In this document: in pieces, positions 19,662 through 31,659 of the stretch
Layout: each line of letters opens with the position of its first letter
How positions within the stretch are numbered: position 1 is the stretch's first letter
From: an uncultured Actinomycetes bacterium
Lineage (GTDB): Bacteria; Actinomycetota; Coriobacteriia; Anaerosomatales; PHET01
DNA length: 64,000 nt
Direction: 5' to 3'
Assembly (NCBI GenBank): GCA_963700665.1
Contig: CAVOYK010000004.1
Coordinates: 58,793 to 122,792, forward strand
Position numbers and translations under genes: made by a program
The notes under the pieces: model-generated
The model's input: the letters and a program-made list of their open reading frames with translations, nothing else
The model's database searches: none
What the model was told of the DNA's origin: nothing

Positions 19662-20951
19662 TCACTGGGGTCCAAGGTCGGTCGCCGTTTCCTCCTTCAG
19701 CCCCACCTCGCCTGTCTCGTCGCTCACCCCGTGCCGACGAGCCCGGCGCGTGAGGACGTAGACGGCTATCGCGATGAGGATGAGCAGAAGCGGGAATGCG
19801 CATGCTCGCACGGGGCCGGATAGCGCGCGGCCCACCGACGCCGCAACGCCCCCTGCGCCGGAACTCGAGCCCGGGATCCGCACGATCTGGACTCTGCGAT
19901 TGAGGGCGTCGGCCACCGTGAACCAGTCCCTGCCCGCGTCATAGCTCACGCTCACCGGATAGAAGAACTGGCCGTCCTCGGCACCGACGTCGCCATACTT
20001 GCCGATGAGCTTGCCCGTCTTGGGATTGAAGACCGCCATGGTGCAGTCGTACATGTCGATGACGACCACCCGGCCGGCGCCATCCACAGCAAGCCCAAGT
20101 GGAAGCTGCAGGGCATCCGCTCCCTTCAACACCGCGTCCTTCGGTGGCTGGGGCACCAACATACCGCTCGATGTCTCTGCGGAGTTCGCGGGGGCGCCTG
20201 TCCTGATGATCCAGCGCCGCTTGCCGTTCGGCTCGTAGGCGCTCAAACGATTGTTGTAGGAGTCGGCGACGTAGATGCTTCCGTCGGGTCCAAACGCGAT
20301 TCCGTGTACGTAGTCGAACTGTTCGGGACCCTTCCCCCGCGTCCCAAAGACTCCTATGGGCTTACCCTGCTTGTCGAGCACTGCGAATCCGGACACCGAG
20401 CCGACCGCGATTCGGTCGTTGCTCACCGCGACCGAGACTGGCTGGGGCACGTTGAACGATCCCGCTTCCTCGCCATTCGTGCCAAGCACGTGAACCCGAT
20501 CGAGCGACGTTTCGCAGATGTAGACGCGTCGGTCCGGTCCCACTGCGATCCGGGAAGGCGCGCTGATCGGCATCGACGGATCGATCGATTCGAGCGACCC
20601 AAGATACCGGCCGTCGGGACCGAAGTGCGTAATGCTCGAGCGGCGCTTCACATCCGTGACCCAGATGGTCCCGGCCTCGCCGGGAACCGCGACTTGGGTC
20701 TGGCCGAAGAGGTCTTCGGCCCTGTCTGAGGTCCCGTAGATCGACCGAATCCACTCCACTCCGGCTGTGTCGACGGGTTCACCGTCGGAACCAGCCGTCC
20801 TCGGCACCCGGAGAGCGCTGTAGAGCAGGTAGGCGGAGAGTCCGAGCAGGAGGATCAGGACAACCAGTACGAGCGCGAGCGCACGTCGTGCTCGACGGTT
20901 CTTCACGGGTGGAGCCGCATCGCCTGTCGGCAGAGCGGTGGTGTCGCTCAT
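19662..20951 (-). CDS. NHL-repeat beta-propeller protein with N- and C-terminal TM anchors (copy 2, intact)
   Basis: 429-aa intact ORF. TM ALALVLVVLILLLGLSAYLLY. Blades: GSIYVADSYNNRLSAYEPNG, GRVVVIDMYDCTMAVFN, DWFTVADALNRRVQIVRIPGS. C-terminal TM AFPLLLILIAIAVYVL. Confidence 0.85.
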   Translation of the reverse strand: MSDTTALPTGDAAPPVKNRRARRALALVLVVLILLLGLSAYLLYSALRVPRTAGSDGEPVDTAGVEWIRSIYGTSDRAEDLFGQTQVAVPGEAGTIWVTDVKRRSSITHFGPDGRYLGSLESIDPSMPISAPSRIAVGPDRRVYICETSLDRVHVLGTNGEEAGSFNVPQPVSVAVSNDRIAVGSVSGFAVLDKQGKPIGVFGTRGKGPEQFDYVHGIAFGPDGSIYVADSYNNRLSAYEPNGKRRWIIRTGAPANSAETSSGMLVPQPPKDAVLKGADALQLPLGLAVDGAGRVVVIDMYDCTMAVFNPKTGKLIGKYGDVGAEDGQFFYPVSVSYDAGRDWFTVADALNRRVQIVRIPGSSSGAGGVAASVGRALSGPVRACAFPLLLILIAIAVYVLTRRARRHGVSDETGEVGLKEETATDLGPQ

Positions 20952-21700
20952 TCTGTGACTCCAATCCTCTTCAGTCCCGCCTTCGCTTCCTCGTCATACG
21001 GAACGAACCTCAGCGCCTCACGGAAGTCCCTCTCGGCGCCGACCTTGTCGTTCAGTCGTGCCTTGGCATTGCCTCGATCGATGAGAACGTCGGACGCCGT
21101 CGGATTCTCGTCTATGTAGATGTCGAACGCGGCGACCGCTTCCTTCAAGCGGCCTAGTTCGACCAGAGCGTATGCCTTGACCAGAGCGGCGTTGTCGTAG
21201 TCTGCGCCGTAGCTCAAGCTATCGGGTGGGGCCGAGGCCTTGTAGCCCTTCATGGCCTTGTCTGCGAAAGACACGGCTTCGCCGTAGTCCTTTCGCGCAC
21301 TAAGCAGCCTTGCCTCGGCAAGATCGAGGTCGGAGAGCGGCACGGTGGTATCCACGCTCGCTCGAGCCTGGCTGAGCGCCAGCCGCGCGCCGGACAAGTC
21401 ACCTGTGGCGACAAGGGCCTGGATGTATGGAGCCCAGGTCTCGCCCGTGGCCTGTGCGGCGTTGAGTCGGGCGGAGGCCTCCAGAAGTTCTCGCTCGGCC
21501 ACCGACCGCGGTCCGGTGGGGGCCATCAACCCAGTCGCAAGTACGCCGACAACGGTCGCAAGAAAGAGAATCGTGAGACCGAGCGCTGCGTACAACATGG
21601 CTCGGACAACAGGGTCGGCAAGAAAGGCCCACTTGCGGGGCCGCGACTCCTCGGACTGATCGAGCGGACCGTCGGGAACCTGCGCACTAGCACCACTCAT
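20948..21700 (-). CDS. TM-anchored TPR-repeat protein (copy 2, intact)
   Basis: ORF 20948..21973. Probable start is the ATG at 21700 (MSGASAQ, SD AGGAGGA upstream). TM AMLYAALGLTILFLATVVGVLATGL. Ends DFREALRFVPYDEEAKAGLKRIGVTE*. The stop overlaps the NHL start (ATGA). Confidence 0.75.
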   Translation of the reverse strand: MSGASAQVPDGPLDQSEESRPRKWAFLADPVVRAMLYAALGLTILFLATVVGVLATGLMAPTGPRSVAERELLEASARLNAAQATGETWAPYIQALVATGDLSGARLALSQARASVDTTVPLSDLDLAEARLLSARKDYGEAVSFADKAMKGYKASAPPDSLSYGADYDNAALVKAYALVELGRLKEAVAAFDIYIDENPTASDVLIDRGNAKARLNDKVGAERDFREALRFVPYDEEAKAGLKRIGVTE

Positions 21701-22109
21701 GGCATCCTCCTGCTTGATAGCTCGCTGCCTTGGGTGCCGGCCCAAATCTCGAAGCACTGAATATCGGCGGCTGGAGCCCTCTGCTGAGGTTCGCGACATG
21801 GGGCGCCGAAACCTGCAAGCCGAGCCTCGCAGAAGGCGTCTCCACAAAATCAATACATACTGCTCCGCCACGTTTCGAGTACCGGCGGCCCTGTCCCGCG
21901 GGCGACGAATACTGGACCCAGATCCAGGCGCACTCGGAGGTGGGGCTGTTGCGCGACGTGAAGCAAGCCACAACGAGCGGCAGCCCAGCGCGAGGAGAGA
22001 CGGGCTGCGAAGGCTTCTGACTTCTCGCTGACCAAGAACGCGTCCGGCGGCGGCTCGCCGCCGCTCCCCTCAGTGAGACGCGTAGAGAGGATCGGTGGTC
22101 AATCCCCGA

Positions 22110-23713
22110 CTAGTCCTTGGGCTCGCCGCGGACCGGCGAGTCGGCCTCCGATGGAAACGCCCTTGAGCTGCCACCATCTAGGGAGACATCACTCAGGCCC
22201 GGCTCGATGTCGCGAGCCCCAGCAGATCGGGACACAAGCGCCCCGGGCAACAGAGCGAAAACGAAGGGGATGCACGCATACAGCAGCGGTACTACAGCCG
22301 CGCCCCAATAGTTCTTGGTGATTCCAGTCCGGTCGTCCACCGCGGTATTCGCGACGAAGAGGAATGCGGCAAGCGGCACCGTTGTGCTTAGAAGCACTAG
22401 CAGCCTCAGCTGCAGCTCGGGTATCAGGGCCGCGCCGAGCAACCCCAGAGCCGCGAGTGCCAGCGCGAACCAACCACCGCTACCAAGATGGTCCGTCGCG
22501 TAGCGCAGTGCATTGAGTACCCAGGCCAAACCGCCTGCGCGGAACTGGGTGTACGTCGATGAGGGGTCGACCACGCTGCGTGCCAAGGAGTAGTGGATCG
22601 CATAGGACAGCCCGACAACGCTCAGACCCAGCACCCATGACAACACTCTGAACCTGCGCTCGATGCCCGCGACCAGCGCTGCACGAGAGCAGGCCGGCGA
22701 TAGGGATGAACACGAACGTCTCACGCAGCAGCGTCGCGACCACTGCCAGCGCGACTGCGGCAACGACATATGGCTTCCACCGCACAGATTGGCAAGAGAC
22801 CGCATACGCTGCAAAGCTCATCAGAGCGAAGGGAGCGCCCCACGCCTCGGCCGTGAAGACGGTGAGTTGAATGGAAAAGTACAGGAAGTACGCCGAGAGC
22901 GCTGCGGACGCGGGCAGCACAAACGGAAGGCGCACAAGCCCGGAGGCTGAGCGGCGCGACCGACACGATGCCCAGTGTCGCAAGCGATACGAACACGAGG
23001 GGGACCCATCGAGCGTCCGGGAAGCGCAGCCCACAGTTGGAAGAGGTATGGCGACCTGATGTTCGTGACCGAACTCGGCGCGACACCGCCGCTCGGAAGC
23101 AGAAAGAACCCATCGCGAAAGCTCTCGTAGTAGGGTCGACCGTCGCGAACACTCGAAACGATGCCCATGAAAAGCAGCGTTGTCGTCGTTCTCGTAGGCA
23201 GGCGGCAGATTCCCATCCAGCTGATCGACGAACGACGGCAAGCGCAACCCAGTCGTCACATCGGTCGTCTCCCAACTGCTGACCGTGAATGTCGTGAGCC
23301 AGAGGTTGCCCACGATCACGATCAAGGCGAACCAGAACGCCAAGCGCGCACTGACCGGCGCGCGCGACACAAGCTGCCGGACTCCCGCCGCCACGCCGGC
23401 CGCCACGAGAACCGAAAGCACCGCGTAGACGAGCCTCACCTGCGGATCGACGATGAAGAAGGAGGTCGCTGGGCCCACGAGCGCCGCCAAGGCGGCACCG
23501 ACAGCTGCAACAAGAGCAGCATCAGTGACCGAGCCGACGAGAAGAGCCACGACAATGCCGCCGATCAACGCCGGCCTGCGCCCAAGGAACCCACAGCAGC
23601 AGGCCAGCCGAGGCGGCCGACATCGCCACGGTGCACGCCAGCAGCGCGGCGACTGCTCGCCACACGCGCGCGGACGCGGTCGACCGCAGTGCTAGGGCAA
23701 CGCGCTCCGCCAA
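22110..23713 (-). CDS. large polytopic integral membrane protein, possibly a GT-C-fold glycosyltransferase (several frameshifts)
   Basis: Joined ORFs 23522..23713, 22480..23568, 22821..23216 and 22110..22814. More than 10 hydrophobic segments. Loop strings RDGRPYYESFRDGFFLLPSGG and LLRETFVFIPIAGLL. Family assignment is a guess. Confidence 0.5.
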
Positions 23714-23806
23714 AGGCAGAGCACCTCGGGTATCAGCCCGATAGTCGTCGCCTTCCCGGAGCTACTGCGAGCGCATCGGGTGGCATTTCGTGCCTCGACA
23801 CCCACT

Positions 23807-25387
23807 CTACAGCTCCACGCTCCACGCGTCGTTGATGCCGGCCTCGTCGACGATCTTGTCGAGCAGCTCGCGCGAGACAGGCGTGTCGACGTTGATGCCC
23901 ATGAGCGCTTGGCCGCCGGCGACCGTGCGTCCGACCTGCATCGAGCCGATGTTGATGCTCGACAGGCCCAGAAGCGTGCCCACCTTGCCGATCATGCCGG
24001 GGCGGTCGTCGTAGACGAAGAACGCCATGTACTTGGTCGGGATCATGTCGATGTCGTACTGGTACAGGCTCACCAGGCGCGGTTCGTCCTTCTTGCCGAC
24101 GAGCGTGGCCCCCACCTCGATGGGGCCGCTCGGCGTGTGAGCGCGCACCCTGATCAGCGAGACGTAGTCGTGTGTCTCGGAACGGTTGATCTCGGTGACG
24201 CGGATGCCGCGCTGCTCGGCGTAGAAGTCGGCGTTCACGAAGTTGACCGACTCGGCACCGACGACGCTCAGCATTCCCTTGAGTACGGCGGTGCGCACGA
24301 TGCGCGTGTCGACGTCGGCCAGCGTGCCCACGAACTCGACGTCGAGCTCGTCGATGCCGCCTCTGGCCACCTGCGCGACCATGCTGCCCAAGTCCTCGGC
24401 GAGCGGGATGTAGGGGCCGACCTTCTCGAGCACCTCGGGAGAGACCGGCGCGATGTTGACCGCCGTGGGGACCATGTGGCCGCCCAGGCCTGCCGCGACG
24501 AACTCGGCGATCTGCTCGCCGGCGCGGTCTTGCGCTTCGCTCGTCGAGGCACCCAGGTGCGGGGTGAGCACGGCGTTGTCGATCTCGATCAGCGGCGAGT
24601 CGGTGCACGGCTCGACCTCGAACACGTCGATCGCGGCGCCCGCGACCTTGCCGGACTTCAGCGCGTCGGCCAGCGCATCCATCTGGTAGATGCCGCCACG
24701 AGCGGTGTTGACCAGCATCACGCCGTCGCGCATCTCGGCGAACTGCTCGGCGCCGAACATGCCGATCGTCTCTTTGGTCTTGGGCAGGTGCACGGTGATG
24801 AAGTCGGCGAGCGGGAGGATCTCGTCGACCGTGTCGTAGATCGTGATGCCCATCTCGGCGGCCCGGTTCTCAGACAGGTAGGGGTCGTAGCCGATCAGCG
24901 TCATCCCAAAGGAACGGGCGCGCTCGGCGACGAGCGAGCCGATGCGGCCCAGCCCGAAGATCGCGAGCGTCTTCTCGTAGAGCTCGGCGCCGGTGAACTT
25001 CGAGCGCTCCCACTTGCCCTGCTTCATGCTGGCGTTGGCCTGAGGCGTCTTGCGCGCCATCGCGAGCATGAGCGCCATCGTCTGCTCGGCTGCCGAGACG
25101 ATGTTGGACGTGGGCGCGTTGCACACGATGATGCCGCGCTCGGTGGCGGCGTCGACGTCGACGTTGTCCACGCCCACACCGGCGCGACCGATGATCTTGA
25201 GGTTGGTGCCCGCTTCGATGACCTCACGTGTGGCACGGGTGGCCGAGCGCACGATCAGCGCGTCGTAGGCCCCGATCTCGGCGACGAGCTGCTCGGGGGT
25301 CAGATCGGTCTTCACGTCGACCTCGAACTGCTCTTTGAGAAGCGTGATGCCCGACTCGGCGATCTTCTCGGCGACAAGTACCTTCAT
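23807..25387 (-). CDS. serA: D-3-phosphoglycerate dehydrogenase (long form with ASB/ACT domains)
   Basis: Intact 526-aa ORF: MKVLVAEKI, GRAGVGVDNVD, GLGRIGSLVAERA, LVNTARGG, and an ACT-like C-terminus. Confidence 0.9.
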   Translation of the reverse strand: MKVLVAEKIAESGITLLKEQFEVDVKTDLTPEQLVAEIGAYDALIVRSATRATREVIEAGTNLKIIGRAGVGVDNVDVDAATERGIIVCNAPTSNIVSAAEQTMALMLAMARKTPQANASMKQGKWERSKFTGAELYEKTLAIFGLGRIGSLVAERARSFGMTLIGYDPYLSENRAAEMGITIYDTVDEILPLADFITVHLPKTKETIGMFGAEQFAEMRDGVMLVNTARGGIYQMDALADALKSGKVAGAAIDVFEVEPCTDSPLIEIDNAVLTPHLGASTSEAQDRAGEQIAEFVAAGLGGHMVPTAVNIAPVSPEVLEKVGPYIPLAEDLGSMVAQVARGGIDELDVEFVGTLADVDTRIVRTAVLKGMLSVVGAESVNFVNADFYAEQRGIRVTEINRSETHDYVSLIRVRAHTPSGPIEVGATLVGKKDEPRLVSLYQYDIDMIPTKYMAFFVYDDRPGMIGKVGTLLGLSSINIGSMQVGRTVAGGQALMGINVDTPVSRELLDKIVDEAGINDAWSVEL

Positions 25388-25394
25388 GAGTGCC

Positions 25395-26540
25395 CTACCC
25401 TTCCATGAATACGGACTCGGCGGCGCTGATACCGGCTCCGCGCTCGAACTGATAGCCCAGCCCCGCGAGCGTCATCTCGAGCGCCGCGAGCGTGGTGATG
25501 ATGTCGAACTCGCCGAAGTAGCCCAGATGACCGATGCGGAAGATGCGACCGGCGTAGTCGTCCTGGCCGCCGGCGATCGTGACTCCGTACTTGTCCTTCA
25601 TCGTCTTCACGATCGCCTTGCCGTCGACGCCGTCGGGGACCCACACGGGCGTGACCGCGCTGCCGCGTCCTTCCGGCGGCGCGAACAGCGTGAGGCCGAG
25701 CGCCTCGCAGCCCTTGCGGGTCGCCTCGGCGAGCCGGCCGTGCCGGGCGATGGTGTTGTGGATGCCCTCTTCGCGGATCATGGCGAGGGCCTGGTTGAGC
25801 CCGAGGACCAGCGAGACCGCGGGCGTGAAGGGGGTCGTGTCCTTCTCGACGTTCTTCTTGTACTTCATCCAGTCGAAGTAGTACTTGGGCAACGTCGAGC
25901 GCTCGTAGGCCTTCCACGCCTTCTGGCTCACCGTGCACGCGGCCAGGCCCGGAGGGAGCATGAGCCCCTTCTGCGATCCGGTCATCACCACGTCGAGGCC
26001 CCACTCGTCGGTCTTGCACTCGACCGCGCCGATGCCGGTGATCGAGTCCACGATCAGCACCGTTTCTGCGTGCTCGCGCACGATGGCACCGATCGCCTCA
26101 ACGTCGTTGAGCACGCCGCTCGAGGTCTCGGACTGCGTGACGATCACGCCGCGCACGCCGGGGTTCTCGGCGAGGGTTGTCGCGATGTCGGCGGGATCGA
26201 CGACCTGGTTCCACTCGTAGGCGAGGTCGATGACGTTGACGCCGTAGGCCTCGCAGATCTGCTTCTGGCGGTCGCCGAACTTGCCGTTGCGGCACACGAC
26301 CGCCGTGTCACCTGCGCTGAAGCAGTTGACGATCGCGGACTCCATGACGCCCGTGCCCGAGCAGGCGAACAGCAGCGCGTCGCCTTGCGTCTGGAACACG
26401 TACTTGAGGTTGTCGATGGCGGCCTTGAACGCAGCCGAGAAGTCCGGCGTGCGATGGTGGATCATCGGCGCGGCCATGGTCAGCATGACCTCGGCGGGCA
26501 CCGGGGTGGGCCCCGGCGTCATCAGGTACTTCTTCTGCAT
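25395..26540 (-). CDS. class-V aminotransferase (serine-glyoxylate/alanine-glyoxylate family; probably the phosphoserine aminotransferase partner of serA)
   Basis: Intact 381-aa ORF: YLMTPGPTPVP, GSQKGLMLPPGL (PLP-lysine context), FRIGHLGY. Located 8 nt upstream of serA. Confidence 0.8.
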   Translation of the reverse strand: MQKKYLMTPGPTPVPAEVMLTMAAPMIHHRTPDFSAAFKAAIDNLKYVFQTQGDALLFACSGTGVMESAIVNCFSAGDTAVVCRNGKFGDRQKQICEAYGVNVIDLAYEWNQVVDPADIATTLAENPGVRGVIVTQSETSSGVLNDVEAIGAIVREHAETVLIVDSITGIGAVECKTDEWGLDVVMTGSQKGLMLPPGLAACTVSQKAWKAYERSTLPKYYFDWMKYKKNVEKDTTPFTPAVSLVLGLNQALAMIREEGIHNTIARHGRLAEATRKGCEALGLTLFAPPEGRGSAVTPVWVPDGVDGKAIVKTMKDKYGVTIAGGQDDYAGRIFRIGHLGYFGEFDIITTLAALEMTLAGLGYQFERGAGISAAESVFMEG

Positions 26541-26639
26541 CGCTACTGGCGCCCCCTTGCGTCGTGGTGCGGGTCAGATCATCCTTCGCCGCATGAGCGG
26601 CGCTACGCGTCCGCTCGATGCGGCGAGCGAGACGCCGCC

Positions 26640-28221
<1,582 letters not shown>

Positions 28222-28222
<1 letters not shown>

Positions 28223-29976
28223 CACTCCCATACCTCCTCCAGCAGATCGTCGTCGAGCATCTCTGACACCGGGCACCCCGGCACGCCGCCGAGCATCTCG
28301 TCGATGCTTCCGCCCGGTGCGACCATCGGATAGACGCACTCCTCGCCCACGACGCGGCAGTCAACGATGGCCGGGCCGTCGTAGTCGAACGCGGCCTTGA
28401 GAGCGGCGTCGACCTCGTCGGGGCGCGTGACCTGCACGCCGAAGCAGCCGTAGGCATCGGCGAGCTTCACGAAGTCAGGGCAGCCCTGGGGCAGCACGCT
28501 CGATGCGTAGCGCCTGCCGTAGAAGAGCTCCTGCCACTGACGCACCATGCCCAGGTATCCGTTGTTCAGGATGATGACCTTCACCGGGAAGTCGTTGAGT
28601 GCGGCGGTTGCGAGCTCTTGCAGGTTCATCTGGAACGAGCCGTCGCCCGCGATGTCGAGGACGAGCGCGCCGGGGCGGCCGGCCTGCGCACCGATCGCCG
28701 CCGGGAAGCCGAAGCCCATCGTGCCCAGCCCGCCCGACGACACCCACGTTCTCGGCGAGTGCAGCGTGTAGTACTGGCACGCCCACATCTGGTTCTGACC
28801 GACCTCGGTGCACACAACGGTCTCCCTATCGGCCGTCAACGCGCTCACGCGTTCGACGACGTACTGCGGGTAGAGCGCGTCGGGCTCGGGTGCGTAGTGC
28901 AGCGGGAACTGCTTGCGCCACTCGTCGACCAGCTTCACCCACGCTTCGGTGCGGGGCTCGGCGCCGGTCTTGCGCAGCTCGGCGACGACACCCGCCAGTA
29001 TGTTCTTGGCATCCCCCACGATGGGCACGTCGACCGCTTTGTTCTTGCCGATCTCGGCCGGGTCGACGTCGACGTGGATGATCTTGGCCTTGCTGGCGAA
29101 CGCCGAGAGCTTGCCGGTCACGCGGTCGTCGAAACGCACGCCAACGCCGATGAGCAGGTCGGTCTCGGTGATCGCGTAGTTGGTGTACTTGGCTCCGTGC
29201 ATGCCCGGCATGCCTATCCACAGGTGATGGTCTTCTGGGAACGCCCCCTTGCCCATCATCGTCGTGACGACCGGGATCTGCATCAACTCGGCGAGGTCCT
29301 TGAGCTCCTTGGCCGCTTCCGCGGCGATCACCCCGCCGCCCACGTAGAGCAGCGGCTTTCTGGCGCGCGAGATCAGCGACACCGCTTGTTTGACCTGCTT
29401 GCTGTGGCCCTTGAACGTGGGCTTGTAGCCCGGCAGGTTCACGTGCGCCGGATACTCGAAGTCGAGCTCGCCCTTGCTCACGTCGACCGGGATGTCGATG
29501 AGCACCGGCCCCGGACGACCCGTCGTGGCGATGTGAAACGCCTCCTTGACGATCTCGGGCAGCTCGGCAGCGTGTGTCAGCAGGTAGTTGTGCTTCGTGA
29601 TCGGCAACGTGATGCCGGTGATGTCGGACTCCTGGAACGCATCGGTTCCCAGCACCGCTTGGGACACCTGGGCCGTGAACACCACCATCGGAATCGAGTC
29701 CAGATACGCGTTGGCAAGACCCGTGACCGTGTTGGTCGCGCCGGGCCCGCTCGTCACGATGACCGGAGCGACGCGCCCGGTCGCCCGCGCGTATCCATCG
29801 CCCATGTGCATCGCGCCTTGCTCGTGGCGCGGCAGGATCGTTCGAATCTGCTTGGAGTCGTAGAGCGCGTCGAAGATCGGCAACGCGACTCCGCCGGGAT
29901 AGCCGAAGACGGTGTCGACCCCCTCGGCCTCCAGGCAGCGCACGAGCGCCTCGGCGCCGGTCATACGGTCGGTCAT
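28222..29976 (-). CDS. ilvB: acetolactate synthase large subunit
   Basis: Intact 584-aa ORF: GAEALVRCLEAEGVDTVFGYPGG, GGLGTMGFGFPAAIGA, NNGYLGMVRQWQ. Confidence 0.92.
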
Positions 29977-31643
29977 GAGAGCACCGCCCCCTTATCTGCG
30001 GACGAAACGAGCTTCGAGTACCTGACGAGCACGCCTTCCGTGACCTTCGCCGGCCGAGGAACCCACGCGCTTCGTCGCGCGGAGAGCTCGTCTTCCGAGA
30101 CGTGCAGCGTGATCGCAGCGGCGTCGATGTCGACGGTGATCGAGTCGCCCTCCTCGACGAGCGCGATCGGTCCGCCGGAGGCCGCCTCAGGGCTGACGTG
30201 CCCCACGGCCGGGCCCTTGGTGGCGCCCGAGAAGCGCCCGTCGGTGACGAGCGCGACGCTTCGAGCGAGCTCCGGGATCCCTGAGATGGCGGAGGTGGGC
30301 GTGAGCATCTCTCGCATGCCCGGCCCGCCCTTGGGACCCTCGTAGCGGATCACCACGACGTCTCCGGCTACGATGCGGCCGGCGAGAATGGCCTCGACGG
30401 CGTCCTCCTCGGCGTCGAAGACCCGTGCCGGGCCGGTGAGCACGCGCATCTCCACCGGGACGGCCGACTGCTTCACGACCGCCCCGTCAGGCGCGAGGTT
30501 GCCGCGCAGCACGCGCAGGCCGCCTTCGGGGTAGTACGGATCGGCGGTCGGGTGGATCACGCGGCCGTCCGCCGCGGGCGCCGAGGCCGCGATCTGGCCC
30601 ATCGTCCGACCGTCGACCGTGAGTGCGTCGCGCTCGATCAGCCCTGCTCGGTCGAGCTCGCCCATGATCGCGGGGATGCCACCTGCGACGTAGAGGTCCT
30701 CCATGTGCAGATCGCTCGCAGGGCTGATCCTCACGAGGTTGGGAGTGCGAGCCGAGACGGCGGCCCAGTCGTCGAGCGTGACGTCGGCATCGGCCTCGTG
30801 AGCGATGGCGGTCAGGTGCAGGACGGTATTGCTCGATCCGCCAAACGCCATGTCGAGCGTCATTGCGTTGCGAATGCTCGCAGCGTTCATGATCTGACGG
30901 GCGGTGACGCCCTCAGCGAGGAGCTCCATCACGCGCATGCCCGCCTTCTTCGCAAGGCGAATGCGCTCCGAGTACACAGCGGGGATGGTGCCGTTTCCCG
31001 GCAGCCCGATGCCGATCGCTTCCACAAGGCAGTTCATCGAGTTGGCGGTGAACAGCCCGGCGCACGAGCCGCAGGTGGGGCACGCGTGCTCTTCGAGCAC
31101 GAGCAGGTCTTCTTCGGACATCGCGCCCGCGCTCACCTTGCCCACCGCGGTGAACACGGTGTCCAGATCGACCGCCTCGCCATTGGGTCCGCGCCCCGCC
31201 AGCATCGGGCCGCCGCTGATCACGACCGTGGGCAGGTCGAGCCGTGCGGCCGCCATGAGCATGCCGGGGATGACCTTGTCGCAGTTGGGGATCATGACCA
31301 CCGCATCGAACGCGTGGGCCCTCACGGCGATCTCGACCGAGTCGGCGATGATCTCGCGGCTCGCGAGCGAGTAGCGCATGCCGGCGTGGTTCATCGCGAT
31401 ACCGTCGCACACGCCGATCGTCGACATCTCGAGGGGGGTCCCGCCGGCCATGTAGACGCCGGCCTTGACCGCAGTTGCGACCTTGTCGAGCATGAGGTGG
31501 CCGGGGATGATCTCGTTCGCGGAGTTGACCACGGCGACAAGCGGCCGCGCTATCTCGACATCGGTGAGACCGTCAGCCTTGAGCAGGCTGCGATGGGGGG
31601 CTTTGGACAGCCCGCCCTTCATGCGGTCGCTCGTACGTGCCAT
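29973..31643 (-). CDS. ilvD: dihydroxy-acid dehydratase
   Basis: ORF 29973..31886. Real start is MARTSDRMKGGLSKAPHRSLL at 31643 (SD GGTGGAG). Strings: NCDKVIPGMLMAAARL, CPTCGSCAGLFTANSMN, LVTDGRFSG. The stop overlaps the ilvB start. Confidence 0.92.
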   Translation of the reverse strand: MARTSDRMKGGLSKAPHRSLLKADGLTDVEIARPLVAVVNSANEIIPGHLMLDKVATAVKAGVYMAGGTPLEMSTIGVCDGIAMNHAGMRYSLASREIIADSVEIAVRAHAFDAVVMIPNCDKVIPGMLMAAARLDLPTVVISGGPMLAGRGPNGEAVDLDTVFTAVGKVSAGAMSEEDLLVLEEHACPTCGSCAGLFTANSMNCLVEAIGIGLPGNGTIPAVYSERIRLAKKAGMRVMELLAEGVTARQIMNAASIRNAMTLDMAFGGSSNTVLHLTAIAHEADADVTLDDWAAVSARTPNLVRISPASDLHMEDLYVAGGIPAIMGELDRAGLIERDALTVDGRTMGQIAASAPAADGRVIHPTADPYYPEGGLRVLRGNLAPDGAVVKQSAVPVEMRVLTGPARVFDAEEDAVEAILAGRIVAGDVVVIRYEGPKGGPGMREMLTPTSAISGIPELARSVALVTDGRFSGATKGPAVGHVSPEAASGGPIALVEEGDSITVDIDAAAITLHVSEDELSARRSAWVPRPAKVTEGVLVRYSKLVSSADKGAVLS

Positions 31644-31659
31644 GCGCACTCCACCTTCC

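Noticed and set aside
21701-21973. N-terminal 91-aa extension of TPR copy 2 (TTG start at 21973), and similar extensions of ilvD (to 31886), ilvN (to 28339) and the IDH-like gene (to 35080)
   Set aside because: The extensions are Arg/Pro-rich and absent from paralogues or family consensus. Internal ATGs carry good Shine-Dalgarno sequences and typical N-termini.
23780-25408. 542-aa plus-strand ORF
   Set aside because: It is exactly antisense to serA, which has unmistakable homology motifs. The composition is Arg/Asp/His/Gly-rich filler typical of stop-free antisense frames in high-GC DNA. There is no SD.
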